64,000 nt of DNA, from contig JASTWF010000351.1 in the NCBI GenBank assembly GCA_030390025.1, positions 310,001 to 374,000 of the forward strand, written 5' to 3'. Below, piece by piece: positions 24,401 through 35,717 of the stretch (position 1 is its first letter; every line of letters begins with the position of its first letter). The DNA is from Squalus acanthias (taxonomy: Eukaryota). The translations under genes were made by a program, and so were the position numbers. The notes below the pieces were generated by a model. The model was not told the origin of the DNA and did not search any database. It worked only from the letters and a program-made list of their open reading frames with translations.

Positions 24401-25345
24401 TTCTTTCTCCAATCGCCCGACCCGGGCCTCCCGCCTCTTGGTCGACCCCTTCGCGTACTCCTGACAGAAGACGCGGACGTGAGCCTTGCCCACGTCCCAC
24501 CATAGCCTCAAGGAGGTGAAGCCTCCCCGCTTCCTTCTCCAGTCGGCCCAGAACCGGCGAAACGAATCCCGGAACCGCGCGTCCTCCAGCAGCAGGTTGT
24601 TAAAATGCCAGTACGCGGACCCCCCCCGCGCGCGCAGCGGAGCGAGCTCCGCCCACACCAGGTGGTGGTCCGTGCACGGCACCGGCCGCATGGAAGCCGC
24701 CGGAACGCAGGAGACGTACGCCCGGGAAATGTAAAGGCGGTCGATTCTGGACCTTCCTCCTCCAGACCTCACGCTCGTGAAGGCGCTGGAGTCGGGATGG
24801 AGATTTCGCCAGACGTCCACCAAGTCGAAGGACCCGACCAGGTCCCGCAACTTCACCATTGCCGCCGGGCTTCGCGGGGGACCCGACCGGTCCCGCGCCT
24901 CGAGGGTACAATTGAAATCCCCCCCGAGGATGACGCACTCGCCCACGTCGATGGAGCCCAGAAGAGCGGACACTTCTCCGAAGAAGCGCACTTGCTGCGC
25001 ACCGGTCCGGGGGGCGTACACGTTCACTAAATGGAGCGGCACGCCTCCCAGGCGAACAGTGACCTGGAGCAAGCGGCCCGGCACGTGCTCCTTGACCCTC
25101 AAGATCTCCGGCTGAAAATGCGGGGCCAGCAAGACAGCCACCCCGCAGGAATTGTTGGAGAGGTGACTCATGCTGACCCCTCCTTGCCACTCCAGGAGCC
25201 ACGTGGCCTCGTCTCCCGGAACGGTGTGGGTTTCTTGCAGGAAGCACACCGCATATTTCCCGTCCCGAAGGACCGAGAAGTTATTGAATCTACGGCGCGC
25301 CTCCCTGCTGCCGTTGATGTTGAGGCTGGCTATGGTTATCTTCAT
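21446..25345 (-). CDS. Tx1 ORF2: APE endonuclease, RT and CCHC (copy C), intact
   Basis: Uninterrupted frame of about 1299 aa with canonical LQETH, GDFN, TDH, QGCP and YADD. ATG at 25345. Confidence 0.93.
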   Translation of the reverse strand: MKITIASLNINGSREARRRFNNFSVLRDGKYAVCFLQETHTVPGDEATWLLEWQGGVSMSHLSNNSCGVAVLLAPHFQPEILRVKEHVPGRLLQVTVRLGGVPLHLVNVYAPRTGAQQVRFFGEVSALLGSIDVGECVILGGDFNCTLEARDRSGPPRSPAAMVKLRDLVGSFDLVDVWRNLHPDSSAFTSVRSGGGRSRIDRLYISRAYVSCVPAASMRPVPCTDHHLVWAELAPLRARGGSAYWHFNNLLLEDARFRDSFRRFWADWRRKRGGFTSLRLWWDVGKAHVRVFCQEYAKGSTKRREARVGRLEKEVLDLESRLGQVVEDPALRKVYEEKKGALKDLQLVGSRGAYVRSRIQLLRDLDRGSPFFYSLEKRRGVRKQLLGLLADDGSLVSDPEGISAEARAYYGALFSSDPSSEDARRVLWEDLPKVGPEGAENLEAPLSLAELTGALRQLSRGKSPGLDGLTVEFHRAFWDVLGDDYARVLGESLATGEMPLSWRRAVIVLLPKKGDLRLLKNWRPVSLLSTDYKIFARAMSARLGTVLASMIHPDQSYTVPGRSIHDNIHLVRDLVHHSQRAGLSVAFLSLDQEKAFDRVDHEYLFGTLRAFGFGTHFVARIRLLYAAAECLIKVNGSLTAPLRFGRGVRQGCPMSGQLYAVCVEPFLRLLRKRLTGLALQGPGVEVVLSAYADDVLLAVTDPVDLRRMRECQQIYSDASSAKINWEKCSGLLVGPWQVDSLPEEFGPFAWSTTHLLYLGVYLSPAEDAWPANWQELEAKVTARLGRWTGLLRVLSYRGRALVINQLVAAMLWYRLVTLIPPPAFVAKMQKKLVDFFWDKRKHWVSAAVLSLPLREGGQALVCLRTQAATFRLQTLQRYLYVENPPRWRALATYFFRQLHGLNYDTQLLFVRVGGTRASLRELPVFYQELLWVWNSVASERSSPPSGAAAVLREPLFRNPHLHDRGFGWLAEGRAVPGKVTRVGDLLDGGGAGWMAPEELARRMSWVNVRLAVKAIESLKVALGPVSTRCVEEAQARGAIPSELTPVRTEFLIGARPRILPREPPPHHLSLLGEMPSVPFQSARRRFLYGLLLHTLHFAIFVCRPDTPWRTILPSGGGEGPHWKALYAGVFPCSIGDLAWRVLHGAVPCNRILSRFTDSQAACHFCGLEESVYHIYVECERLQPLFHYLKGLLLNFWLHFSPTLLIYGHPVRRGAGRSEDLLVGLLLGLAKKAINWSRQRAVEGVVRPDCLPLFRGHVRARVALEMEHAVSAGTLEFFCDRWAPRGLECIITPDFQILI

Positions 25346-25370
25346 CTCAGAAGCATAGTGCAACCTCTAC

Positions 25371-27516
25371 CTAACGGAGGGGAGGGAGGGCGGTCACTGA
25401 CGACCGCCACTCCCTCAGCAGCCCAGTGTGGAACGTCTTGAGCCGACGCAGCTCGAGCCGGTCAACGTCCTTGTCCGCGCCCATGATTTTAACGGCGGCG
25501 CGGACGGACACGACGAGCAGCGTCAGCTCCGACCACTTGTCGAGGGCCAGCCGGATCTTCTTGTGACGACCCTGGCTCATGGCCATAAAATCCCGGAGTT
25601 CCCCTACGGGGATGAGGGGAGAGTCGGTGAAGGGCACGAGGGCGTCCATCACCTCGCTGCCGATGGACTCCAAATCGTCCTCGTTGCCCAACACCGAGTC
25701 CCCGTCCTCCTCCGGGAGGTCGTCACCGACGGCCGACCCGTCCGTCGCACGGGGTGCAGCGAACGGCTCGGCCGCACCGGCCGGCCCCGCCTCCGTCACG
25801 ATCCCACCCCCAGGATCGGTGGCAGAGGAGTCCACCCTGGGCTCCTTCAGGGGCGCCGGGCCGGGAGGCGGCGGCGGCGGTTCGGGGCCCCCCCCCCGCC
25901 TCAGGCGCCGGGGCGACCGGAGAAACCGGGGAGAAAATAATCCCAAATTCCTCCAGTACGTCCGGCGCCAACATCAGAGACGGAGTCAGGGGGCTTTCTG
26001 TCTCCCCGCCACCAACCTCCGACCCAGCGGGCTGGGGATTGCTACACTCCTCCACCAGGTCGAGCAGTCCCTGGGAGATATCTGGGTTATAAAAGGCGGG
26101 CTCGGCTTCAGCCTCTTTGGCCTCGCCCACCCCAGTCCCCAGGACGCCCGACCCGGCGAGGAGCAACGGTTCAGGTTCTACATTTTCTTCTGCGGGTTGT
26201 TCCGCGCCCCCCCCCACGGGCAGGGTCTCTTCCCCATCCCCGGGAGGCACAGGTCGGACAGACTCGGCTGTCTCACCCTCCCGAGGGACAGACGACCCCT
26301 GCCGATCGCGCGCGACGATGACGGTGGTGGGGTGGGGCGCAGCACCCGCGGCGGGCGACTGGCCCCCTTTTGCGGAGGGACCTTCCTCCTCGCAGTCCTC
26401 CTGCTGGGGGCGGAGCTTTCTTTTTAACGTATTGGGGCCCGGAGAGGGGGAGGCCTCCATGTCTGCTGGGGCCTCCCTCTCTGCCCCTTTCCGACGACTG
26501 GGTTTCTTGGGCCCCTCGGGCCCGAGCCCGGCCGCAGGTCTTGATTCAGCTGCCTCAGCAGTTGCGGTCACGGTCACGGGCCCGGGCACGAGGACCCCCC
26601 CAGTCTCATGCGTCCCGACCAACTCCGCGATATACTCGGGCGTGAGTTCGGCCAATTCAGATGTTTCCTCCGCGAGGGGATCCGCCCTTATGTGTTTATT
26701 TTTCCTACGCGCCTTCCTTCCCCCCGGACGCTCTCCCTCCTCCCCGCCGGAGGCCGTGGTGGAGTTGGCCTCCGATTTCGACCGCGCATCCGTCGCCGTC
26801 GACGCGCGGACAGTATCAGGGGGAGGGGGGGCGGCGGCGCCAACCCTGGCCGCGCCAGGTGTCGTGGCGGCCTTGGAGGCGGGGCAGTTTTTGCGGACGT
26901 GCCCCACCTCCTTACAGGCGTAGCACCGCACGCCGTCCGAGGTCCAGAAGACGCGGTGGGCGGTCCCCCCGTGGAGCACCGTGAACGCGCCGTCCGCGTC
27001 CTCCTCCCGCGCCAGCCGGACGAAAAGCTGGCGCCGGAAGGAGAAGACGTGCCGAAGGCTGGCTTCCCGGAAGCCGAGCGGGATGGGTGTGATCCCCGAC
27101 CTCACCTCCCCCAGTTGACGTAGGTGGGGGAGGAGGAGCTCACCCGGAACAAAGGGCGGGACGTTGGAAACCACAATCCTTTGCGCGGCGGCCTCAAGGG
27201 GGTCCACCGGCAGGAAGGTCCCGCCCACGGGGAGCCCCTTCTCGATGGCCAGGGACACCGCCCGCTCCGACCCCAGGAAGAACACAGCCTTGCCGTACAT
27301 TTTAGAGGCGGCGACGATGGCTGAAGGGCCGACAACCCCAGCCATGGCTTTTACACACGCCTCTATAGTCATGTTGGGGTGAGTGTAGCTCTTGACCCCA
27401 TTCTTCCTCGTAAGGAGGGTAAAAGGTGACGGGGTAACAGGAGGACTCGTGGCTGCGGCCGCCACGCTCGCATACGTCCTCGCTGCCCCCGCCACCGACG
27501 AAGATGTACTCGCCAT
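25371..27516 (-). CDS. Tx1 ORF1 copy C (single +1 frameshift in a C10 run at 25888-25897, possibly a sequencing error)
   Basis: ATG at 27516 (MASTSS) and knuckle CYACKEVGHVRKNC. Copy B has C9 at the same run and reads through in frame to ...VTALPPLR*. Confidence 0.75.
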
Positions 27517-29091
27517 AATGGAGGGTTCTTTAAGGGCTACACTCACCCCAAGTCACAGGCCTGAAGGTGTTAATGGCCTCGGTTTTTTTTTGTTTTCCCC
27601 TGAGCAGAGGGAGCTCTTAAATTGAAGGCACACCTCTCCCTTTAGTTGATTGAGTTGGGTGAGGGGCCTTCTCCCCTCTGCTCAATGGGTACTTAATTAA
27701 AAAGATAATGAGGTGCCTCTTAGAGAGAGAGAGGCAGAGAAAAACAAGAGACAAAGAGAGAGAGAGAGAGGGGGGTGGGAAGGAGGGAAGCCGCAAGGGC
27801 AGGGTCGCCACTCAGGATGGTGGGTGGGTGGGTGTTGGCAGGGGTGCACTCTCCGATGTAATTAAAGTCTTTGATGGTGGTCTTCTGGTGGGGGGAGAAG
27901 ATGTCTTCACCTGGGATAGCTGGAGATGCCCAGGCTCAGTCCTGCACCAGGTCTTAACGATGCCCAATAAGATGAAATTAATTGGGGACTTCACCTAGGC
28001 AGCTCCAGCTGTCCCAGGTCAGGCAATAGGAAGGGGTGTTTAATATGGTGTGTGCGGCCTAGCTTTTACAGAAGCCACACACACACACACACCCCTTGGA
28101 TGTTCCGGCCTTCTTCTTTTTCTTCTTTCCTCCCCCCACCTACAAAACAAAGTCTCTGGGAGAGTGCCCCAGAATCACACCCACCTGTAGCTGATATTCT
28201 TTCCTTCCTCCCTCCTTCCAAACAGATGATGTTTGTTGTTGGTGTTTTCTCCCCTCTCTCCCTCTCCTAAAATGGAGGCCAATTGAGGAGGCAGTGTGGA
28301 AAGGCCTCTCCTCTGATGTTTGATGGCCTTGGCCTTCCCTTCTTCTCCTTCTCCTCTCCTGTCCTCTCCCTCCAGGCACCTCAGTTGTGGTTGTGGTTGT
28401 TGTTGGTGGTGGCCTGCTGCCTGGTCTCCTTCTCCTTCTCCTCTTCCTGCTCACAGAGACCACCACTCTGCTGCTGCTGCTCCTTCGTCAGCAGCTCCGA
28501 AAGCTTGTGATTTCAAATCAAGCTGTTGGACTATAACCTGGTGTTGTGCGACTTCTCATTTTTGTCCACCCCAGTCCAACGCCGGCATCTCCACATCATG
28601 AAACTAGAACAGGGAGGGCTTCTGTAAAAAGGAAGAGGGACAGAGTGTTCAAACTGCCCCCATTCTGGTCTCTGTACGAACTCCCATTCTGCGTTGTTAC
28701 ACTGCAGGAAGTCTCAAATTAACAAACGGATTGACTCCCAACTGGCTTTACAAAAAAAATGATAAGGTCTTCACAGAGAACGAGGTGACTGAAATCCGAG
28801 TCTCATCCCTAAAACAAGCTTTTAATTCGTCCGGTCTGAGAGCAAAGGGAAAGAGCGAACAGGGGCCGTTTTTGTAGTTTACTGGGAGGGAAATTCAACA
28901 GCGACACTCGGATCGAAACGGATTATGAAACTGCTTATCTGAGAATTCCAAACTAAATCTACAGCTGGAACTTAAAAAATGTTCTCAAACACACTTGTTC
29001 AGGAAATAATTACAGTAAACTGAGAAAAAAAACAGCAAAATCAGTCGAAAGGGACACGCTTTTGCGTAGCTCATTCAGAGAGGTTGTGGGT

Positions 29092-29107
29092 GGCTCTTAA
29101 TAGAGCC
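29092..29107 (-). other. Orphan histone H2B 3' stem-loop (coding sequence lost)
   Basis: GGCTCTATTAAGAGCC in flanks homologous to 55680-55760. The homology ends at about 29148, where CR1 3' sequence begins. Confidence 0.75.
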
Positions 29108-29584
29108 GTTGTGTTTTGGGTTTGTTGGTTGAGGACAGCGTGGAGTTTTTAAAAAGTGCTTGGATATGACCATAAAATGCCGTAAATAGCAAGGCTATGG
29201 ACCAACAGCTGTAAGGTGGGATTTGGCTTGATACATTTTTTATGGCCGACACAGACACGATGGGCCGTAAATTTCTATATTACTATACATCGCAGAGACA
29301 GACAGCTATACAGTAAAACCCACACTCACATACTAGACACTAAGAAATTTTCAATAACTCTCAGTCACATCCCAGAAATTGACAGATTTAGAGTAAAATC
29401 AACACCCACATAAATCCCGACCAGAAATTGACAGGTACAGAAGGGCCGCTACCGACAAGGCTACGGCCGGCAGAGGTGAAGGGTGGAATAGCCTCCTTCT
29501 GTGCCGTAAATGTCTACGATTCTAAGACTAAAGGCTATTCGACCCAGCGTGCATATGCTGATTTAAATCACCTCCACACCTAAA

Positions 29585-30080
29585 GCGAAGATTCACCAGG
29601 CTGATACCTGGGATGGCAGGAATGACGTATGAGGAGAGATTGGGTTGATTGGGCTTATAGTCGCTGGAGTTTAGAAGAATGAGAGGGGATCTCATTGAAA
29701 CTTATAAAATTCTAACAGGACTAGACAGACTAGATGCAGGAAGGATGTTCCCGATGGCCGGGGAGTCCAGAAACAGGGGTCACAGTCTAAGGATAATGGG
29801 TAATCCATTTTGGACTGAGATGAGGAGGAATTTCTTCACCCAGAGAGTGGTGAACCTGTGGAATTCTCTACCACAGAAGGCAGTAGAGGCCAATTCATTA
29901 AATATATTCAAAAAGGAGTTAGATATATTTCTTAAAGCTAAAGGGATCAAGAGATATGGGGAGAAGGCAGGGACAGGGTACTGAATTTGGATGATCAGCC
30001 ATGGTCTCATTGAATGGCAGAGCAGGCTCGAGGGGCTGAATGGCCTGCTCCTGCACCTATCTTCTATGTTTCTATGTTTT
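29585..30080 (+). mobile_element. CR1 3' fragment
   Basis: MRGDLIETYK...FFTQRVVNLWNSLP...GTGY* followed by a (TTCTATGT)n tail. Confidence 0.85.
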
Positions 30081-31829
30081 CTGTATGTTAGTGTAGATTG
30101 TAATCAGTACCTGCCAGTTTCTGGTTTGCGAGTGAATGTTTGACTCTGTATCTGTCAGTCTCTGGTTTGTGAGTGAGTGTTTGACTCTGTTCCTGTCAGC
30201 CTGACATCCAACTGTTTTAAATGCTTTTAAACTCTGCAGCTTTGCTACCCCACCTGGTGGACCATTCTGGACATTTTTTACCCTTTGTTTGACGAAGTTC
30301 ACACCGCCAGCTGTTGTAAATGAATTCTCCTGTAGTACACATCAATAATCCCTCTAATTTGTTTTAAGTGTGCGGATTCTTTAACAGGCTGCGTGGAGCA
30401 TTCAAATTTTTATTGAGTCTCTTGGATGTGAGTGTGAGTTTTATGCTTCATCTGTCAGTCTCAGGGATGTGAGTCTGGGATTTACTCTGTATCTGTTATT
30501 CCCTGGGATGTGAGCGTGGCCCACCCGATTGGCACAGTCCAGGTTTATATCACCCATTCCCATGGGACTATGTGTAAAGTTCCGGATCGCTTCCTGGAAT
30601 GTTACACTGGGCTGTACACCATTGTTTTCAATCTACTGAAACCGAGTTGAGGGATTGTGTTGTTAACAGAATATGACTGAGCCCAGATCCTGATGTATCT
30701 GAGGGAGCGACAATGTATCTCCCAATTACCAGCAGCACGGTTCTGGAGAATTGAATGCACCCAAACAAAATAACCAATTTTTGAATTGTGTTCTTTCACA
30801 AGCCTCTCCAATCTCTGAATTAATAGATTCTGCCACTTCAATGCTGCTATCAGGTGGTCTGCGGAAAACTTCCATTTCAGTTTTAAGTCCTCTCTTGTCC
30901 TCAATTTTAATCATGGAGTCTTCATTGATTGCTTTCCCTTATATCTTCTCTGACTAAGGCTGAAATAGTTTAATTATTCAATAATTGTACCCCTCCTCCT
31001 CTTCCTGTTGCCCTGTACTTTCTAAAGACATTCTAACCTGGAATATTAAACACCCAATCATGACCAGCTTGCAGCCATGTCTCTGTAACAACCACCATCT
31101 CCTCCCATCTCAGCTGTATTTGAACTTCTAATTCATTCAATGTATTTCTTATTTTCCAAGCGTCAGTCTGTAAATCTCTTCCTTGGGCAAGAGAGCCTCA
31201 CCTGTCCTTCTGCTGCCTTTCTCACACAGTTTAATGTAACACGTTTCTTATGTGTCACTGCTCCTGTAACGACAGTAGTTATTTTAGTATCATCTTACCC
31301 TGGAGTAGCCACAGCAATGTTTGGAACTTGAACTCTGCACTTCTCCCGTTTTGGTGTTTTTAACTACTATTTTTAAATTCCATTTTAAATCTAAGGGAGA
31401 CGTACATGGAAGATGAAAGTATTTTGTCAATTGTAACGAGGACTTTTTTTGCCTCCAGTTTCATCAATTCCGTCAGCAGCGAGTTCCAGGTCATCACCTC
31501 TCGCTGCAGAAAAAAGTTTAGCCTCACATCCCCCTGTATCTCTTGCCCAAAACCTTAAATCTGTGTCCCCTAGTTCTTGTACCATCAACTAGTGGGAACA
31601 GCCTTTCCCCGTCTAGCCTATCGAAATCCATCACTATCTTGTACACCTCTATCAAATCATCCCTCAACCTCCTTTGCTCTAATGAAAACAAATCCAGCTT
31701 CTCAAACCTGTCCTTGTAGCTAAGATCCCTCATAGATACATAGATACATAGAAGATAGGAGCAGGAGTAGGCCATCCGGCCCTTCGAGCCTGCTCCGCCA
31801 TTTAATGAGATCATAGCTGATCCTCCAAT

Positions 31830-34696
31830 TCAGTATCCCGTCCCCGCCTTCTCTCCGTAACCCTTAACCTCTTTTGCCTGTAGAAATATATCTAATTCCC
31901 TCTTAAATATATTTAATGAGCTGGCGTACACTGCCCTCTGTGGCAATGAGTTCCACAGGTTCACCACCCTCTGAGTGAAGAAATTCCCCCTCATTTCTGT
32001 CCTAAATGGTTTAGCCCTTATCCTTAAATTATGTCCTCTAGTTCTGTTCTCACCCGCCAAGGGAAACATTCCTTCTGCATCTAGTCTGTCTAGACCTGTC
32101 AGAATTTTATACACTTCTATGAGGTCCCCTCTCAATCTTCTAAACTCCAGTGTGTACATCCCTAAACTACATAGTCTCTCCTCATAGGTCAATCCCGCTA
32201 TTCCTGGTATCAGCCTGGTGAATCGCCGCTGCACCCCCTCCATGGCAAGAACATCTTTCCTCAGATGAGGCGACCAAAACTGTACACAGTACTCGAGGTG
32301 TGGTCTCACCAGTGCCCTGTACAGCTGCAGCAAGGTATCCCTGTTCCTGTATTCCAACCCTTTTGCTATGAAGGCCAGCATACCGTTTGCCTTCTTGACC
32401 GCCTGTTGCACCTGCATGCTCGCCTTCAGTGACTGGTGTACAAGAACACCCAGGTCTCTCTGTACTTCCCCCTCTCCCAATTTATTGCCATTTAAATAAT
32501 AATTTGCCCTCCCGTTCCTGCACCCAAGGTGGATAACTTCGCACTTGTCCACATTATAGTGCATCTGCCATTTATCCGCCCAATCACCCAGTCTGTCCAA
32601 ATCGCTCTGGAGCGTCCTGGTCTCCTCCTCTGAGCCCATCCCCCCTCCTAGTTTAGTGTCGTCTGCAAATTTGGAAATGCTGCATCCGACTCCCTGATCC
32701 AGGTCATTAATGTAAATTGTGAACAGCTGGGGACCCAGGACAGATCCCTGTGGTACACCACTTGTTACTGCCTGCCATTCAGAAAATGAGCCGTTTATTC
32801 CAACTCTCTGTTTTCTATCTGACAGCCAGTTCTCTATCCACGTCAATACTTTCCCCTTTATCCCATGAGCTTCAATTTTCCCTGCTAATCTTTTATGTGG
32901 GACCTTATCGAAGGCCTTTTGGAAGTCCAGGTACACCACATCTACTGGCTCTCCCCCATCTATTTTACCAGTTACTCCCTCAAAAAATTCCAATAGATTA
33001 GTCAAGCACGATTTACCCTTTGTAAATCCATGTTGACTCTGTCCTATCCTGTCCCCATTTGCTAAGTGCTCCGCTATTTCATCCTTAATGATGGACTCCA
33101 GCATTTTGCCCACAACTGATGTAAGGCTTACAGGTCTGTAATTACCTGCTTTTTCCCTACCCCCCTTTTTGAATAATGGGGTAACGTTAGCTACCCTCCA
33201 ATCCATGGGCACTGTTCCCGAGTCTAATGAATTCTGAAAAATCATACTTAGTGCATCCGCTATCTCTAGTGCCACCTCCTTCAGCACCCTAGGATGCATG
33301 TTATCAGGCCCTGGGGATTTGTCCGCCTTCAATCCCTTTAGCTTCCTTAACACCATATCCTTAGAGATATTGAGTTGCGTCAGTTCCTCCTTTGCAAATG
33401 TCCCTATTTTTCCCGATATCCCATGGAGGTTTTTTGTGTCTTCCTTTGTAAAGACTGACCCAAAGTATGCATTTAGTTGGTCTGCCATTTCCTTATTTCC
33501 CGTTATATATTCCCCCGTATCTGACTGCAATGGGCCAACTTTGGTTTTCACCAGTCTTTTCCTCTTGATATACTTATAAAAGCTTTGGAGTTAGTTTTTA
33601 TATTTTCCGCCAGCTTGCTTTCGTAAGCTATTTTGCCCCTCTTGATTAAGCCCTTTGTCCTCCTTTGCTCTATCTTAAACCGTTCCCAATCTTCCACTCT
33701 GGCGCTTTTTTTGGCTATTTTATACGCCCTATCTTTGGATTTTATGCTGTCTCTAATTTCCCCTGTTATCCACGGTTGAGTCACCTTTTTAGATTTCCTT
33801 TTATGCCAGATTGGTATAAACAATTTCTGCAATTTTGTCATTCTATCTTTAAATGCTTGCCATTGTTTATCTACCTCCAGTCCTCCCAGGAACGTTGTCC
33901 AATCAGACCTACTCAGTTCCCGTCTAATGGCATCATAATTCCCCTTGTTTAAATTCAGGACCTTAGTCTCTGAGTCAATTTCTTCGCTCTCCATTTCGAG
34001 TGAGAAATCGATCATGTTATGATCGCTCTGACCCAAGGGTCCCCGTACAACAAGATTACTAATTAGTCCCTTCTCATTGCACAGTACCCAGTTCAATATA
34101 GCCTGTTCCCGAGTTGGTTCCTCGACATATTGATCCAGATAACCATCCCTTAAACACTCAAGGAATTTCTCCTCCTCATTATTTTTACTGATTAGTCTAG
34201 TCCAATCTATATGTAAGTTAAAGTCACCTATGATGACAGCTGTGCTCTTATTGCACGCTTCTCTAATTTCCCTCGTGATGCCCTCCCCAACCTCTATTTT
34301 ACTATTTGGAGGCCTATATACCACTCCTATTAATGTTTTTCGCCCCTCGCTATTTCTTAGCTCCACCCATGTAGATTCTGTATTAACTGAGTTAATATCC
34401 TTCCTTTCAATTGCATTTATCCCCTCTTTTACCAGCAATGCTACCCCTCCTCCCTTTCTTTTTTGTCGATCCTTCCTAAATACTGAATACCCCTGTATGT
34501 TAAGCTCCCAGCCCTGCTCACCCTGCAACCATGTTTCCGTAATCCCAATTAGATCATAATTATTAACCTCTATTTCCACAGCTAATTCATCCACCTTGTT
34601 CCTGATGCTTCTCGCATTAAGGTATAAAACCCTCAGGCTTTTTTTATGCTCACATTTTTTATGAATTAGTTTGGCCCTTTGTTTTTTGTTCCTCAC
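31830..34696 (-). pseudogene. CR1 ORF2 (APE endonuclease 33548-34696 and RT 31830-33551), one frameshift near 33580
   Basis: LYLNARS, ITETW, GDFN, SDH; KSPGPD, YRPVSLT, DFQKAFD, QGSVLGP, FADD. Confidence 0.9.
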
Positions 34697-34770
34697 CCTT
34701 TTACCATTTATTTCTGTCTGCCTTTCACTTTCCTCTATTTCACTACATAGGTTTCTAGCCCCCTGCCATA

Positions 34771-35717
34771 CTAGTTTAAATGCTCCCGAACTGCTTTATC
34801 AAAAATTACCCCGAGAACATCAGTTCCATCCTTGCACAGGTGTAGACCGTCCCTTTTGTATAGGTCACACCTACCACAAAACTGGTTCCAATGCCTCAAA
34901 AATTTAAAACCCTCCCTCTTACACCACTGCTCAAGCCACGTATTTAACCTAACTATCCTGTTCTCTGTACTCTTACTAGCACGTGGCACTGGTAGTAATC
35001 CAGAGATTACTACCTTCGAGGTCCTACTTTTTAGCTTGGCTCCTAACTCCCTAAATTCTACTTGTAGGACCTCTTCCCTTTTTTTAGCTACGTCGTTGGT
35101 ACCAACATGTATCACGACAACTGGCTGTTCCCCCTCCCCCTCCAGAATGTTCTGCACCCGCGCCGAGACATCCTTGACCCTTGCACCAGGGAGGCAACAT
35201 ACCATCCTGGAGTCTCGGTCGCGACCACAGAAACCCCTATCTATTCCCCTTACAATCGAATCCCCTATTACTATAGCCCTGCCACTCTTTTTCCCTCCCT
35301 TCTTTGCAACAGAGCCAGTCATGGTGCCATGAGCCTGGCTGCTGGTGCCTTCCCCCGATGAGTCATCCCCCCGACAACAGCAGCTAAGGCGGTAAACCTG
35401 TTGCTAAGGGAGACAACCCCAGGGGATTTCTGCACTACCTTCCTGCCCTTGCTCTGCCTTTTGGTCACCCATGTACTATCTACGCTGGCCTTAACCTGTG
35501 GTGTGACCAACTCACTAAATGTGCTATCCACAACCCTCTCAGAATCGTGGATGCTCCAAAGTGAGTCCATCCGCAGCTCAAGGGCCGTCATGCGGTCCCA
35601 CATGAGCTGCAGCTGGACACACTTCCCGCACACATGGTTGTCAGGGACACAGGAAGCGTCCCTGATTTCCCACACGTTACAGGAGGAGCATGACACAGGT
35701 CCGAGCTCTACTGCCAT
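34771..35717 (-). pseudogene. CR1 ORF1 (Cys zinc finger, coiled coil, SGNH esterase), one frameshift near 35370
   Basis: CSSC...CGKC, followed by the SGNH blocks GDSIVRG, HVGTND and DGLH. Confidence 0.88.

Larger units (their letters stand above)
21378..28531 (-). mobile_element. Tx1-clade retrotransposon copy C (full length, about 7.15 kb)
   Basis: Same architecture as copy B. TSD at 21363-21377 and 28532-28546. Confidence 0.93.

Noticed and set aside
28440..28500. A functional sense-strand hammerhead at the Tx1 5' end (analogous to R2 5' ribozymes)
   Set aside because: CTGACGA is present in copy C but no stem II/GAAA follows on that strand, and copy B has CTGACTG.
14212..28531. Copies B and C as a simple tandem duplication or assembly artefact
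   Set aside because: They differ by scattered substitutions and indels and have distinct 3' ends. A third, truncated copy has its own TSD.
13671..28601. Dozens of overlapping Pro/Arg/Gly-rich ORFs on both strands of the Tx1 copies
   Set aside because: These are shadow frames of GC-rich, stop-poor coding sequence with no recognisable motifs.
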